Assembly (NCBI GenBank): GCA_964447005.1
Contig: CAYUQP010000006.1
Span: 13,640 to 77,639, forward strand
Direction of reading: 5' to 3'
Source: an uncultured Bacteroidales bacterium
Lineage (GTDB): Bacteria > Bacteroidota > Bacteroidia > Bacteroidales > JAGOPY01
DNA length: 64,000 bases
Made by a program: the position numbers and the translations under genes. Below are positions 53,779 through 63,793 of the stretch, piece by piece; positions within the stretch are counted from its first letter, which is position 1, and every line of letters starts with the position of its first letter. The notes under the pieces were generated by a model, which did not search any database, was not told the origin of the DNA, and saw only the letters and a program-made list of their open reading frames with translations.

Positions 53779-56349
53779 TTATTCCATTACAGGCTGTTCC
53801 TCCTGTGGTGACGAAGGAGGAGATATTGGGGCCGTACCGGAGCAAGGGCCAAGAATGGCCTTGAATTTGTTGCCCTGCCTTGCGTGAAACCCTTCGATCA
53901 GCCTGACCCTGTTACCAGCTTTGTAAGTCACATCTGTTCCGATACCACCGGTAATGATCCTGTCAGCCCGGATACTGTCACTGGCTTCATAATGCTGAAA
54001 TCCAGTGTAATTCGGATTGCTTGGATCATTGTACTGATAGTTAAAATATGCCACCGGGCAATCGGAGTAAAGCGCCGAACGCCAGAATCCCCTGCCGTAA
54101 GTACCGGCTGTTATTACATTGGCTGCTTCATTAATTTCCAGGTCAAATACCATCACGCTGGGCAAGCCGTTCATAAACGGCACCCAGTCGCCAATGTCAT
54201 TATCCCTGTAATAGATACCGACATCCGTACCGATATACAAAGCATCATCGGGAGCACCATTATTATCTTCATAGGCGATACAGTTCACCGGGAGATTGGG
54301 AAGGCTGCCGGAAATGTTTGTCCATGTATCGCCTCCGTTACTCGACCTGTAAACTTTCTGACCTGAAGAATAACCTCCGAATGTAATGAAAACATCCAGT
54401 GAATTATCCGGGTTCACCGCGATAAAGGTAATGGATCCGCCAGGCAGGCCGGAAGAAACGGTAGTAAATGTCGACCCGCCATCATCAGACCTGTATATGG
54501 TATTGGTCCCTCCGATAGAAGCATAAACCCTGTTGGTATTACTAGTACCGATGGCCATTGCGCCGGTTCCGCTGTAGCCTATATTTGTCCATGAACTGCC
54601 GCCATTCGTACTTTTATAAATATCAGAATACCCTGCATAAATGATGGATGAATTGGATGGGTTCATGATGAGGGGTGTCACCCATGGGCCGGAATCGACA
54701 AGCGGGGCAATAAAAGAATAAGAAGCACCGCCATTGGTCGACTTGTAAATATTACCGAACTGGATACAGTTGTACAGTACGTTGGAATTACCGTGATCAA
54801 TCATGCAATCCATACCGTCGGCGCCCAGCACGTGCAGCATGGTCGTGCCCCCGGTCCACTTATTGGAGCCATTGTCCTGAGTGCCATTGGTTATAAGGTC
54901 CACATTGGGCTCATAGCCTGCGATCCGGTACGACTGGGTGATGGCCAGGCCATTGGAAAGGTCTGTCCAGTCGGCACCAAAGTTAGTGGACCGGAAAAAA
55001 CCACCGTCGCTTCCACAATAGACATAGTTATTGAGCGGATTGATTTCCAGTGCATGGATGTCTGCATGGGTATAATCCGAACCAGGAGGATTATTCCACA
55101 TTGAACTCAGCGACCAGTTTGCCCCCCAATTGGAGGAACTCCAGCAATTGATCCCCCCGGTAATAACATCAGCCACATCAGTTCTGGATACAACCAGTGC
55201 GTGGTCATAGGTAGTCTGATCATCGTCATCAGCCCCGGTGGAACTGTATCCGAGAATATTCGGTGTGGTCGACCTGGTGGAAAATGTCGAGCCGCTGCTG
55301 GTGGAAAGGTACATCCCAACAAAAGTCCCGTCACTGTATGATGGACCAGCGAACAGATACACATAGGCGGAATTATTCGGAGATACACCAATTGCCATCC
55401 GGGTGGCACTGGTTGGCACACCAGATGTGATTTCCGTCCAGTTATCCCCGGAATCCGTAGATCTGAAGAACTCTGTGCCCGCGCATGCATACATGATTGT
55501 CGGATCACCGGGTTTGAACTCAATATCGTGGTAATTTCCACCGGCACTGTGAACAATCGTCCAGGAAGAACCTGAATTGGTCGTTTTATGAATTCCATCT
55601 ACGGAAACGACAAACAGCGTCGAAGACACGGTCGGGTGCATAATGATCTTGTAGGCCCTTTTGTTCTGGGTTGCATCCCAGGTAAGACCGGTTGGATACC
55701 AAGTCACCCCGCCATCCGTCGTTTTCATGACACCGATCGAAGGGACATCACCCCCATCTCCATCGCCTGTGAGCAAGTACATGATATTGGTATTGTTATA
55801 GTTCACGGCCAGGCCGGATACACCAATCCGGGGCATACCGTCAGTGAGTGGAGTCCATGACGTACCTCCGCTGGTGGTTTTCCATAAGCCACCAGCAGGT
55901 GTTCCAACCCAGATTATACTTGCATTGCTAGGATGGAAAGTAATGCAGTTAACTCTGCCAATACCACCATTCCATCCGTTACCATCCACAAAGTACTCAG
56001 GCCCTTCCGACTGCCAGTATCCGTAAGTTGTCATAATGTCACGGGATCCATAGTTGCCCATATAAGCGGAGTGCTCTTCAAAATTCTTTGCAGCATAGTT
56101 TATGATCTTTCCATCAGGAGACAAACGGTTCATTTGCAGGTATTCCCATCGTTTATATTGTTTGTATCCTGACCCGCGCTTGAATTTGTCGATCGTGGAA
56201 AAATAGTCTTCAGCATTTTGCTGGATTGTGGCAAAGTCATCGGTTTCCGGATTCATCCAGATATCCCATGGATTTTGTTCCTGTCCAATGAGAGATCCAC
56301 AAATAAGAATGCCGAAAACGAACGCTATGATGAATTTTAACTTTTTCAT
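53779..56349 (-). CDS. Secreted BNR/Asp-box (sortilin/Ycf48-like) beta-propeller protein with a C-terminal coathanger-stack-like domain (cassette copy A)
   Basis: Signal peptide; repeated S/T-x-D-x-G-x-T/S-W motifs (TTSGGTSWT, TTDGGVTWY, STDSGDNWT, STNGGSSWT, SDDGGSTFT, SSNGGDTWT); tail ...VTYKAGNRVRLIEGFHARQGNKFKAILGPC. Confidence 0.85.
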   Translation of the reverse strand: MKKLKFIIAFVFGILICGSLIGQEQNPWDIWMNPETDDFATIQQNAEDYFSTIDKFKRGSGYKQYKRWEYLQMNRLSPDGKIINYAAKNFEEHSAYMGNYGSRDIMTTYGYWQSEGPEYFVDGNGWNGGIGRVNCITFHPSNASIIWVGTPAGGLWKTTSGGTSWTPLTDGMPRIGVSGLAVNYNNTNIMYLLTGDGDGGDVPSIGVMKTTDGGVTWYPTGLTWDATQNKRAYKIIMHPTVSSTLFVVSVDGIHKTTNSGSSWTIVHSAGGNYHDIEFKPGDPTIMYACAGTEFFRSTDSGDNWTEITSGVPTSATRMAIGVSPNNSAYVYLFAGPSYSDGTFVGMYLSTSSGSTFSTRSTTPNILGYSSTGADDDDQTTYDHALVVSRTDVADVITGGINCWSSSNWGANWSLSSMWNNPPGSDYTHADIHALEINPLNNYVYCGSDGGFFRSTNFGADWTDLSNGLAITQSYRIAGYEPNVDLITNGTQDNGSNKWTGGTTMLHVLGADGMDCMIDHGNSNVLYNCIQFGNIYKSTNGGASYSFIAPLVDSGPWVTPLIMNPSNSSIIYAGYSDIYKSTNGGSSWTNIGYSGTGAMAIGTSNTNRVYASIGGTNTIYRSDDGGSTFTTVSSGLPGGSITFIAVNPDNSLDVFITFGGYSSGQKVYRSSNGGDTWTNISGSLPNLPVNCIAYEDNNGAPDDALYIGTDVGIYYRDNDIGDWVPFMNGLPSVMVFDLEINEAANVITAGTYGRGFWRSALYSDCPVAYFNYQYNDPSNPNYTGFQHYEASDSIRADRIITGGIGTDVTYKAGNRVRLIEGFHARQGNKFKAILGPCSGTAPISPPSSPQEEQPVME

Positions 56350-56369
56350 AATCGTAGTTTAAACATTAA

Positions 56370-56903
56370 TTACCTGTCAGGATTATCTCCGGAAGGTTGC
56401 GCACCTGAGCCTTGAATTTCCCTGTAATTCGGGATATTGCCTGCAACTTCTCCCTCGGGTTGTGCTGTTTCACCCTGCATATTCCGGTAGTCCGGAATTT
56501 TATGACCCATTTCACCGGCGGGCTGATTAAATGCTGCGTCAGAGTGAGATGCAACCTGGGGAGCGGGAGCCGATTTAGAATACACCTTTCCGGTTTCAAG
56601 CCTGGGATCATCTGCATGATCTTCAGCAGGTTTTGCATTGGAATCGCCAAAATCCTTTTCGGTTGGCAGTTCTTTTGGGTCCATCTTAGTATCAACCATT
56701 GAAGCTTCATCAATCTTTGCAGGATTATCCTCCCCGGCAGTTAAAAGGAATGCTCTTTCTTCCGGGCTGAGTTTGGGATCATCCAACGGTACGTTCTCAG
56801 CTGTCTTTTGCCCTGTTGATGATTTTGTCGCTTGTGAATAGGCGCTAAAGGATCCCACCAGCAAAAGAAGTATAATGTATATGTTAAGTCTTTTCATTTT
56901 CAT
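56370..56903 (-). CDS. Secreted Pro/Glu/Asp-rich protein with an (I/T)P(D/N)YR(N/E)(M/I)QG repeat (cassette copy A)
   Basis: Signal peptide; low-complexity acidic/Pro-rich body. The start codon overlaps the upstream stop (TAATG). Confidence 0.6.
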   Translation of the reverse strand: MKMKRLNIYIILLLLVGSFSAYSQATKSSTGQKTAENVPLDDPKLSPEERAFLLTAGEDNPAKIDEASMVDTKMDPKELPTEKDFGDSNAKPAEDHADDPRLETGKVYSKSAPAPQVASHSDAAFNQPAGEMGHKIPDYRNMQGETAQPEGEVAGNIPNYREIQGSGAQPSGDNPDR

Positions 56904-58390
56904 TAATTTTTATTCTTTTTGAGCTTAGCCGTTTCCTTTTCAAGCTTTTCAATTTTGCATACAAGTTCATCTATCAGATCACCCTGGTTATCGATGATTT
57001 TATTTTGTTCGATCGCGTAAAGGGTGAGTTCCTCAACTTTTTCCAGCAGTTTCTTTTGCATATCGCCGAGCAACAGTCCATTTTCTTCAATATGAGCGGC
57101 GGAAGGAACTCCGGGCAGGTGTTTATTCGCCTGGATGCTTTTTTCCACTTCTTCAAGGCTCATGAGTTTGTAATCATCGGCAAATACATAATCCGGCCAG
57201 TTAGTAAGGTCTTCAACGAGAACTTCTTCGCAGGCTACCTTTCCATTGACAGACAAAGAATAACCCGTTGCCTGGGTTGTGGTTCCGATTCTGAGATCAC
57301 TGCTTACATAAGCGTCACCTAAAAAATACCCGGCCCAGTTTGTCGTTCCGCCGGAAGCACTTCCATACACCCCGATGCGGGTACCGGCGCTTCCGGAAGC
57401 TATACCCTGGACACCGTAAACGGTTCCGGAATAGGCACCGCCCTGCCCGCTGCCGATCACACCTCTGTAACCACCGGTAGCCTGTAAACCGATGCCGTAA
57501 CCGTCTGCAGGAACTGAAGAGGCCAACATGGCATAAGTATCGCTATTAACTGTATGGTTGACCTGAGCCTTGAAAAGAACCGCGGTGTAATCCGGAGCTT
57601 CGGTTGAACTGGGATGGCCATTTACTTCAACACGTCCATCAAATTTTCCTGCAAAATTTTGATTGGCAAACTTTGCCACACCATATACACCATAGTTTGT
57701 GTATCCTGAAGTGGTTGCAGCGCCGTCGGCAACAAAAACCCCGCCGTAGTTAGCACTATTTCCTGCATCGGTATTCCATCCGAAAACACCAGCGCCATTA
57801 CCTCCGCTGGTAGCGGTCCTTAGCCCGATGACCCCGACATTCCAGGTATAGACCGGCAGGCCGAAATCAGGTCCGTTAAGCAAGCCCAGAAATCCGGCAG
57901 AATATAAGCTGGAGCCTAATCTGTTCATCCCCTGCACTGCTGCTTTCCCGGCAGTGTAATTGATCACATTCAACCCGTGACCGTCCGGTACATTGTGCCG
58001 CATAGCGATCTTGCCGTCTGCGTCAACATACATTATATTGGCCAGACTGTTTTTCTCAATGTAGATCACATCCAATGCGCTGGCCTGGTCGCGGATTTTG
58101 AACGCACCAGTAGTAGTTGATTTGAATTTCCAGTCGGCAGCACTAAGATCGTCAACCATCTGAAAAGTTGCCCCGCCACCAGCTCCCTGGTTATGGATTT
58201 TAATCGTGGGTTCCCCCATGAATTTCCCTACATGCAGCAATGTGTTGGGTGTCATGTTTCCAATACCCACGTAATCAGGGTTAGAGTTGTATATGTGAGT
58301 GCCGTTTGGTAACCATTGGCTCTTCACATCATTCACGCTAAAAAAAGCGAGCAAAATAAAAATGCCCAAAGTAAATTTTACTGTTTTCAT
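56903..58390 (-). CDS. Secreted Gly-rich beta-helix/tail-fibre-like protein with a C-terminal coiled-coil domain (cassette copy A)
   Basis: Signal peptide; repeats such as GVFGWN..YGGVF..GVYGVA, GIGLQATGGYRGVIGSGQGG; conserved tail VACEEVLVEDLTNWPDYVFADDYKLMSLEEVEKSIQANKHLPGVPSA...EELTLY. Confidence 0.7.
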   Translation of the reverse strand: MKTVKFTLGIFILLAFFSVNDVKSQWLPNGTHIYNSNPDYVGIGNMTPNTLLHVGKFMGEPTIKIHNQGAGGGATFQMVDDLSAADWKFKSTTTGAFKIRDQASALDVIYIEKNSLANIMYVDADGKIAMRHNVPDGHGLNVINYTAGKAAVQGMNRLGSSLYSAGFLGLLNGPDFGLPVYTWNVGVIGLRTATSGGNGAGVFGWNTDAGNSANYGGVFVADGAATTSGYTNYGVYGVAKFANQNFAGKFDGRVEVNGHPSSTEAPDYTAVLFKAQVNHTVNSDTYAMLASSVPADGYGIGLQATGGYRGVIGSGQGGAYSGTVYGVQGIASGSAGTRIGVYGSASGGTTNWAGYFLGDAYVSSDLRIGTTTQATGYSLSVNGKVACEEVLVEDLTNWPDYVFADDYKLMSLEEVEKSIQANKHLPGVPSAAHIEENGLLLGDMQKKLLEKVEELTLYAIEQNKIIDNQGDLIDELVCKIEKLEKETAKLKKNKN

Positions 58391-58713
58391 AATGATTTGT
58401 TTAGTTTATTATTTATTGATTTTTTAAGTAAAATAATTTCATAAGTTGTGAATTATCGAATTGAAATACTACCTGGCAATTGAAACAGATGATAAAATTA
58501 TACATACACATAGGTGAATGCAATTATTTAACATTTATTTAAGAATTTTCCTGAGAACATGCTAAATCTATCAGAGGGAATGTCAATCAATATAATATTG
58601 AATATCAACGGTTAACCATTGAGAATTTCAAACCTGGTTCGAGGGTGAAACCGTATAGGACTTATTAAGCCGACATATGTGAAAAAAGCTGGAAAAGCTG
58701 TGGGGGTTAAATA

Positions 58714-58879
58714 AGAAGCTGTCTCAAAAGACGGAATTCCTTTATGATAACCATTCAATAGATTCGAACTCCAACGACTAAAGCCGTTGGTTCCGAGTTA
58801 GTGGCAAAATATCAACCGACGGCTTTAGTCGTCGGCGATGTAAAAAAAAGAGGCTGCCCGGACTTTTGAGACAGCCTCT
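58714..58879. mobile_element. 166-bp MITE-like element: 17-bp terminal inverted repeats (agaAgctgtctcaaaag / cttttgagacagcCtct) enclosing the ccaacg.../ccgacg... palindromes. Its right end doubles as the terminator hairpin (58849-58879, U8 on the minus strand) of 58904-61501
   Basis: Inverted repeats read directly. A truncated version lies at 53650-53745. Confidence 0.45.
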
Positions 58880-58903
58880 TCAATATAATAAGTGCACAAC
58901 CTT

Positions 58904-61501
58904 TTATTCGGTACTCATCTTACCCATATAAATTCCGGTTACCGGTCTGAACTCGCCAAGGGCATTTTCGACCGGTGCGGCGCTAGTACATGGACCAAGG
59001 ATGGCTTTGAATTTATTGCCGGCCCTTGCATGGAAACCATCCAACAGTGTAATGCTTCCACCAGATTGATAGGTCACATCTGTTCCTAAACCACCTGTGA
59101 TGATTCGGGTGGAAGTGATGGAAGTGCTGGCTTCCCAATATTGAAATCCTGTATAATTCGGATTGCCGGGATCATTCGCCGGTGTAAGTGTCCAACCCCA
59201 GGGGCAGGCTGAATACAGCAACGAACGCCAGTATCCCCTGCCATAAGTTGCGGCGGTTATATACCCGGAGGTTTCGTTAATCTCCAGGTCGAAGACCATC
59301 ACGTTAGGCATGCCGTTCATAAAGGGCACCCAGTCACCGATTGTATTATCACGGTAATAGACACCGACATCGGTACCAATATAAAGCGCATCATCCGGTG
59401 AACCTCCTGTATCCTGGTAAGCGATACAGTTCACCGGGATATTTGGTAACGAACCGGTAATATTGGTCCATGTTGTGCCGGCAGAGGATGAGCTGAATAC
59501 TTTATTTGCAGCGTTATATCCCGAATAGGTGACAAATACCTCAAATGAATTATTCGGATTCACCGCGATAAAAGTAATCGTACCGGATGGCAGGTCACCT
59601 GTTACATTGCTGAATGTTGCGCCACCATCGTCAGACATGTAAATGGTCCGTGTTCCTTCCACAGAGGCATATAACCGGTCCGGATTGCTGCTGCCTCCAA
59701 GGGCCATGGCCCCTGAACCATCATAACCGAGATTGGTCCAGGAACTGCCCCCATTGGTGCTTTTATAAATATCGTAGCCTCCCCAGTAAAGATAGTTGGT
59801 ATTATTGACCTGCATAAGGCAGGTTGTGATCCATGGGCCGGCATCTGTAAGTGGTGCAATAAACGAGTAGGAAGCGCCTGCGTTAGTAGATTTATGCAAA
59901 TTCCCGAACTGAATATTGTTATAAAAAATATTCTGGTTATTATAGTCGATCATGCAATCCATCCCATCGGCTCCCAGTGTGTGGGTCATTGTAGATCCGC
60001 CAGCCCAGTAATTCGATCCGTTATCCTGCGTTCCGTTGATAAAACGGTTGACATTCGGCTCATAGCCGGCTGTTCGGTATATCTGGGTAATAGCCAGGCC
60101 GTCTGAATAGTCATACCAGTTTTCAGCTAAATCGGTACTTCTGAAGAAGCCCCCGTCACTGCCGCAATACAGATAGTTATTCAACGGATTGATTTCCAGG
60201 GCATGGATATCGGCGTGGGTATAATTAACACCCGGCGTATTATCCCACATGGAAGTTAAGTACCAGCTCGTCCCTCCATTAATTGACTTCCAGGTATTAA
60301 TGCCGCCGATAACAATATCTTCAGCATCTGTCCTGGAAACGGCGATAGCATGGTCATAACCGTTCTGGTCGGCTTGATCGCCTCCAACACTGCTGTATCC
60401 AAGGATATTTGGAGTGGTTGAGCGCGTGGAAAAGCTGGCACCGCTATTCGTGGAGCGATAGGTACCCACATAGGTCCCGTCGGTATAAGATGGACCAGCG
60501 AACAAATAGACATAGGATGAGTTCGCAGGTGTGACCCCGATGGCCATTCTGCCCCCGGTTGTTGGCACCCCGGAAGTGATCTCGGTCCAGGTGTCGCCGG
60601 TATTGGTAGAGCGGAAAAACTCCGTGCCGGCGCATGCGTACATTATAGTTGGATCACCCGGCTTGAATTCAATGTCATGATACAGTCCTCCTGCGGAATG
60701 CACTGTTGTCCAGTCACCGCCGGAATTGGTCGTCTTATGTATCCCGAGGTTGCTCACTACGAACAAGATAGCAGGATTAGTAGGATGCATCAGTATCTTG
60801 AAGCCTCTTTCAAAATCTGTTTCTGCCCAGCTAAGGCCTGTACTGTACCAGGTTACGCCTCCATCGGTGGTTTTAAGTACTCCAATGGACCAGACATCCG
60901 CTCCATCACCATCACCGGTAAGCAAGTACATGATATTGGTATTATTATAGTTGACAGCCAGGCCTGATACGCCTATCCGGGGCATGCCGTCGGTCAGCGG
61001 AGTCCATGATGTACCTCCGGTAGTAGTCTTCCAAAGCCCGCCGGATGGGCACCCCGCCCAGATTATATTTGAATTTGAAGGATGGAAAGTGATGCAGTTC
61101 ACCCTTCCTATTCCTCCGTTCCAGCCATTGCCGTCAACGAAATAATCCGGTCCGAGACCGGTCCAGTAACCGTTCACGGTCAGAATATCCCTGCCACCGC
61201 TCGCGGCGATGTAATCGTTATAAACCTGGAAGTTTTTTGCTGAATAGTTCTGTACCTTGCCATCAGCCGTGAGGCGGTGCCGCTGGATATATTCATAGCG
61301 TTTCCATTGTTTATAGCCGGAACCGCGGGCAAATTTATCCTTATCAGCAAAGTAGTTCTCAACATTCTGTTGTATAGCAGAAAAATCATCGGTTTCAGGA
61401 TTCATCCAAAGATCGAATGGGTTTTCCTGTCCCATGAGATACCCACAAGCAAGAATGCCGAAAACAAACGTTATTATAGACTTTATCTTTTTCATAATCA
61501 T
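58904..61501 (-). CDS. Secreted BNR/Asp-box beta-propeller protein, paralog of 53779-56349 (cassette copy B)
   Basis: Collinear with copy A along its whole length, with long identical stretches (e.g. GNGWNGGIGRVNCITFHPSN, TSWTPLTDGMPRIGVSGLAVNYNNTNIMYLLTGDGDG). Confidence 0.85.
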   Translation of the reverse strand: MIMKKIKSIITFVFGILACGYLMGQENPFDLWMNPETDDFSAIQQNVENYFADKDKFARGSGYKQWKRYEYIQRHRLTADGKVQNYSAKNFQVYNDYIAASGGRDILTVNGYWTGLGPDYFVDGNGWNGGIGRVNCITFHPSNSNIIWAGCPSGGLWKTTTGGTSWTPLTDGMPRIGVSGLAVNYNNTNIMYLLTGDGDGADVWSIGVLKTTDGGVTWYSTGLSWAETDFERGFKILMHPTNPAILFVVSNLGIHKTTNSGGDWTTVHSAGGLYHDIEFKPGDPTIMYACAGTEFFRSTNTGDTWTEITSGVPTTGGRMAIGVTPANSSYVYLFAGPSYTDGTYVGTYRSTNSGASFSTRSTTPNILGYSSVGGDQADQNGYDHAIAVSRTDAEDIVIGGINTWKSINGGTSWYLTSMWDNTPGVNYTHADIHALEINPLNNYLYCGSDGGFFRSTDLAENWYDYSDGLAITQIYRTAGYEPNVNRFINGTQDNGSNYWAGGSTMTHTLGADGMDCMIDYNNQNIFYNNIQFGNLHKSTNAGASYSFIAPLTDAGPWITTCLMQVNNTNYLYWGGYDIYKSTNGGSSWTNLGYDGSGAMALGGSSNPDRLYASVEGTRTIYMSDDGGATFSNVTGDLPSGTITFIAVNPNNSFEVFVTYSGYNAANKVFSSSSAGTTWTNITGSLPNIPVNCIAYQDTGGSPDDALYIGTDVGVYYRDNTIGDWVPFMNGMPNVMVFDLEINETSGYITAATYGRGYWRSLLYSACPWGWTLTPANDPGNPNYTGFQYWEASTSITSTRIITGGLGTDVTYQSGGSITLLDGFHARAGNKFKAILGPCTSAAPVENALGEFRPVTGIYMGKMSTE

Positions 61502-61515
61502 TGTTTTAGCATTAG

Positions 61516-62046
61516 TTACTTGTTGGGTATGTCACCAGGGGGTTGAGTGTCCGGGCCTTGTATTTCCCTGTAATTCGGAGTATTTTCCGGAATTTCTCCC
61601 GGGGGCTGTGTTCCTCCTTCGGAGGGCAGATTCCGGTAATCATGCAGTACGCCTGCCTGTTCACCGGGTGGCTGGTTATTACCTCCTGCATCACGAACGA
61701 CAGGTTCACTTGCGGGTTGAACCTTTTTCCCGGATCCCTCTTCCAGAAGTTTCGGATCAGGTTCCACCTCAACCGCTTTGGCATTGGCTTCACCATAATC
61801 ATCCTCAGTAGGTAATTTTTCAGGATCCATCCTTGGATCAACAGGGAGTTGTGCATCAATCTTAGCAGGATTATCTTCTCCTGCAGTCAGTCGCAGGGCA
61901 TTTTCCTCCGGACTGAGTTTGGGGTCTTCCGGCAGTGTGGCTTTGGGATTATCTTCAGTCTTAGCACGCTGAAGATCCTGGGAATAAGCAAAATTAAGGC
62001 CAAACAGCAAAAGAAGAACAATGTATAATATATATTTTTTCATCAT
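61516..62046 (-). CDS. Secreted Pro/Glu-rich protein, paralog of 56370-56903 (cassette copy B)
   Basis: Same architecture, with shared LTAGEDNPAKID and NYREIQG motifs. Confidence 0.6.
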   Translation of the reverse strand: MMKKYILYIVLLLLFGLNFAYSQDLQRAKTEDNPKATLPEDPKLSPEENALRLTAGEDNPAKIDAQLPVDPRMDPEKLPTEDDYGEANAKAVEVEPDPKLLEEGSGKKVQPASEPVVRDAGGNNQPPGEQAGVLHDYRNLPSEGGTQPPGEIPENTPNYREIQGPDTQPPGDIPNK

Positions 62047-62070
62047 TCAGTAATTTTCTGGTTATAACTA

Positions 62071-63576
62071 TTACCTGCTGTGTTTCCTGAGCTTTGCATT
62101 CTCTTTTTCAAGCCTCTCCATTTTATCCTGGAGTTCTTTGATCATTTTATCTTGCTTGATTGTATAAAGGGTAAGTTCTTCAACTTTTTCCATTATTCTT
62201 TTTTGCATGTCACCGAGCATCAGGCCGTTTTCTTCGACTTCTGCTGCAGAAGGCAAGCCGGGAAGATGCTTGTTTTTCTGAATGCTTTTTTCCAGTTCTT
62301 CCAGGCTCATCAGGTCATAATCTTCGGCAAAAACATAATCAGGCCAGCTGGCGAGATCTTCAACGAGCACTTCTTCACAAGCAACCTTACCATTGACCGA
62401 TAAAGCGTACCCGGTGGCCTGGGTTGTGGTGGCAATCCTCAGGTCGCTGCTCACATAGCAATCACCCGAGAAATAGCCAGCCCAGTTATTGGTGGCGCTG
62501 GAGGCCGTTCCATAAACACCGATAGCATTCGTTCCACCCGGATTGTATCCATATCCATAGACTCCGTAACGGGTACCTGCGGTTCCCTCACAATATCCAT
62601 AAACACCAATAACTGTTCCTGTATAATCCGTTCCATTCCCATAACCGTAAACACCCCTGTATCCTCCTGTTCCATAAACGCCGTATCCATAACCCGGCGT
62701 GGGTACTGAGACTCCTTCAACAGCCCTGGTATCAGTACTAGTCGAATGATTAACGGTTGATTTAAACACTGTAGCCGTGTAATCCGTAGCATCGGTTGAA
62801 GTGGCGTGGCCGTCCACTTCTACTCTTCCAATAAATTTACCTGCAAAATTGAGATTGGCAGACTTTGCCTGGCTATAAACTCCATAGTTGGTATAACCTG
62901 AGGTAGTTGCGGCACCGTCAGAAATAAACAAACCTCCGTAATTATTGAGATTATCGTCGTAATTCCATCCGTAAACACTAGCTCCGTTTGCACCTGCATT
63001 GGGTTTTAATCCCAGGACGCCGATATTGGTCACGGATAAAGGCAAACCCATAGCTCCTGCGGGCAGGACACCAAGCATACCGATGGAGTAAGTACCGCTG
63101 ATATTCTGGTTCAGTCCCTGCACAGCCGCTTTCCCTGTGGTGTAATTAAGAACATTCAGGCCATGGCCATCAGGAAAATTATGCCTCATGGCAATTTGGC
63201 CAAAGGCATCCACATACATTACGTTAGCGAGGCTGTTCTTTTCAATGTAAATAACATCCAGTGAACTTGCCTGATCTCGGATCTTAAAAGCGCCGGTAGT
63301 GGTTGACTTGAATTTCCAGTCGGCCGCGCTGAGATCATCGACCATCTGAAAAGTCGCTCCACCGCCTGCTCCCTGGTTATGAATCTTTATAGTTGGTTCA
63401 CCCATGAATTTACCAACATGGAGTAAGGTGGTAGGAGCCATGTTTCCAATTCCGACATAGTCGGGATTAGTGTTGTAAATGTGAGTGCCATTGGGTGCCC
63501 ATTGAGCCAGGGCATCATTCAGGCTGAAAAAGGCACAAAATAGCATTGTGCACATTGCAATTTTAAATGTTTTCAT
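62071..63576 (-). CDS. Secreted Gly-rich tail-fibre-like protein, paralog of 56903-58390 (cassette copy B)
   Basis: The N-terminal ~130 aa and C-terminal ~120 aa are nearly collinear with copy A. The central Gly-rich repeats diverge. Confidence 0.7.
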   Translation of the reverse strand: MKTFKIAMCTMLFCAFFSLNDALAQWAPNGTHIYNTNPDYVGIGNMAPTTLLHVGKFMGEPTIKIHNQGAGGGATFQMVDDLSAADWKFKSTTTGAFKIRDQASSLDVIYIEKNSLANVMYVDAFGQIAMRHNFPDGHGLNVLNYTTGKAAVQGLNQNISGTYSIGMLGVLPAGAMGLPLSVTNIGVLGLKPNAGANGASVYGWNYDDNLNNYGGLFISDGAATTSGYTNYGVYSQAKSANLNFAGKFIGRVEVDGHATSTDATDYTATVFKSTVNHSTSTDTRAVEGVSVPTPGYGYGVYGTGGYRGVYGYGNGTDYTGTVIGVYGYCEGTAGTRYGVYGYGYNPGGTNAIGVYGTASSATNNWAGYFSGDCYVSSDLRIATTTQATGYALSVNGKVACEEVLVEDLASWPDYVFAEDYDLMSLEELEKSIQKNKHLPGLPSAAEVEENGLMLGDMQKRIMEKVEELTLYTIKQDKMIKELQDKMERLEKENAKLRKHSR

Positions 63577-63793
63577 AATGCTTTTATTAAGTTAAGGATT
63601 AAGGTTGTTTGATTAAATATTTATGAATGATTGAGAAAAATTTCGGATATTAAGTTAATAATAGAATATGATTCCAAATTTAGCTATTTTATCCGTTAAT
63701 GTCAAGTATTTCCCAGACAATAATTGATTTTTATGAGAATTTATGAGAAAAAAGTCCCGCTCTGACCGGTAAGATTACAAGCATTGACAATAT

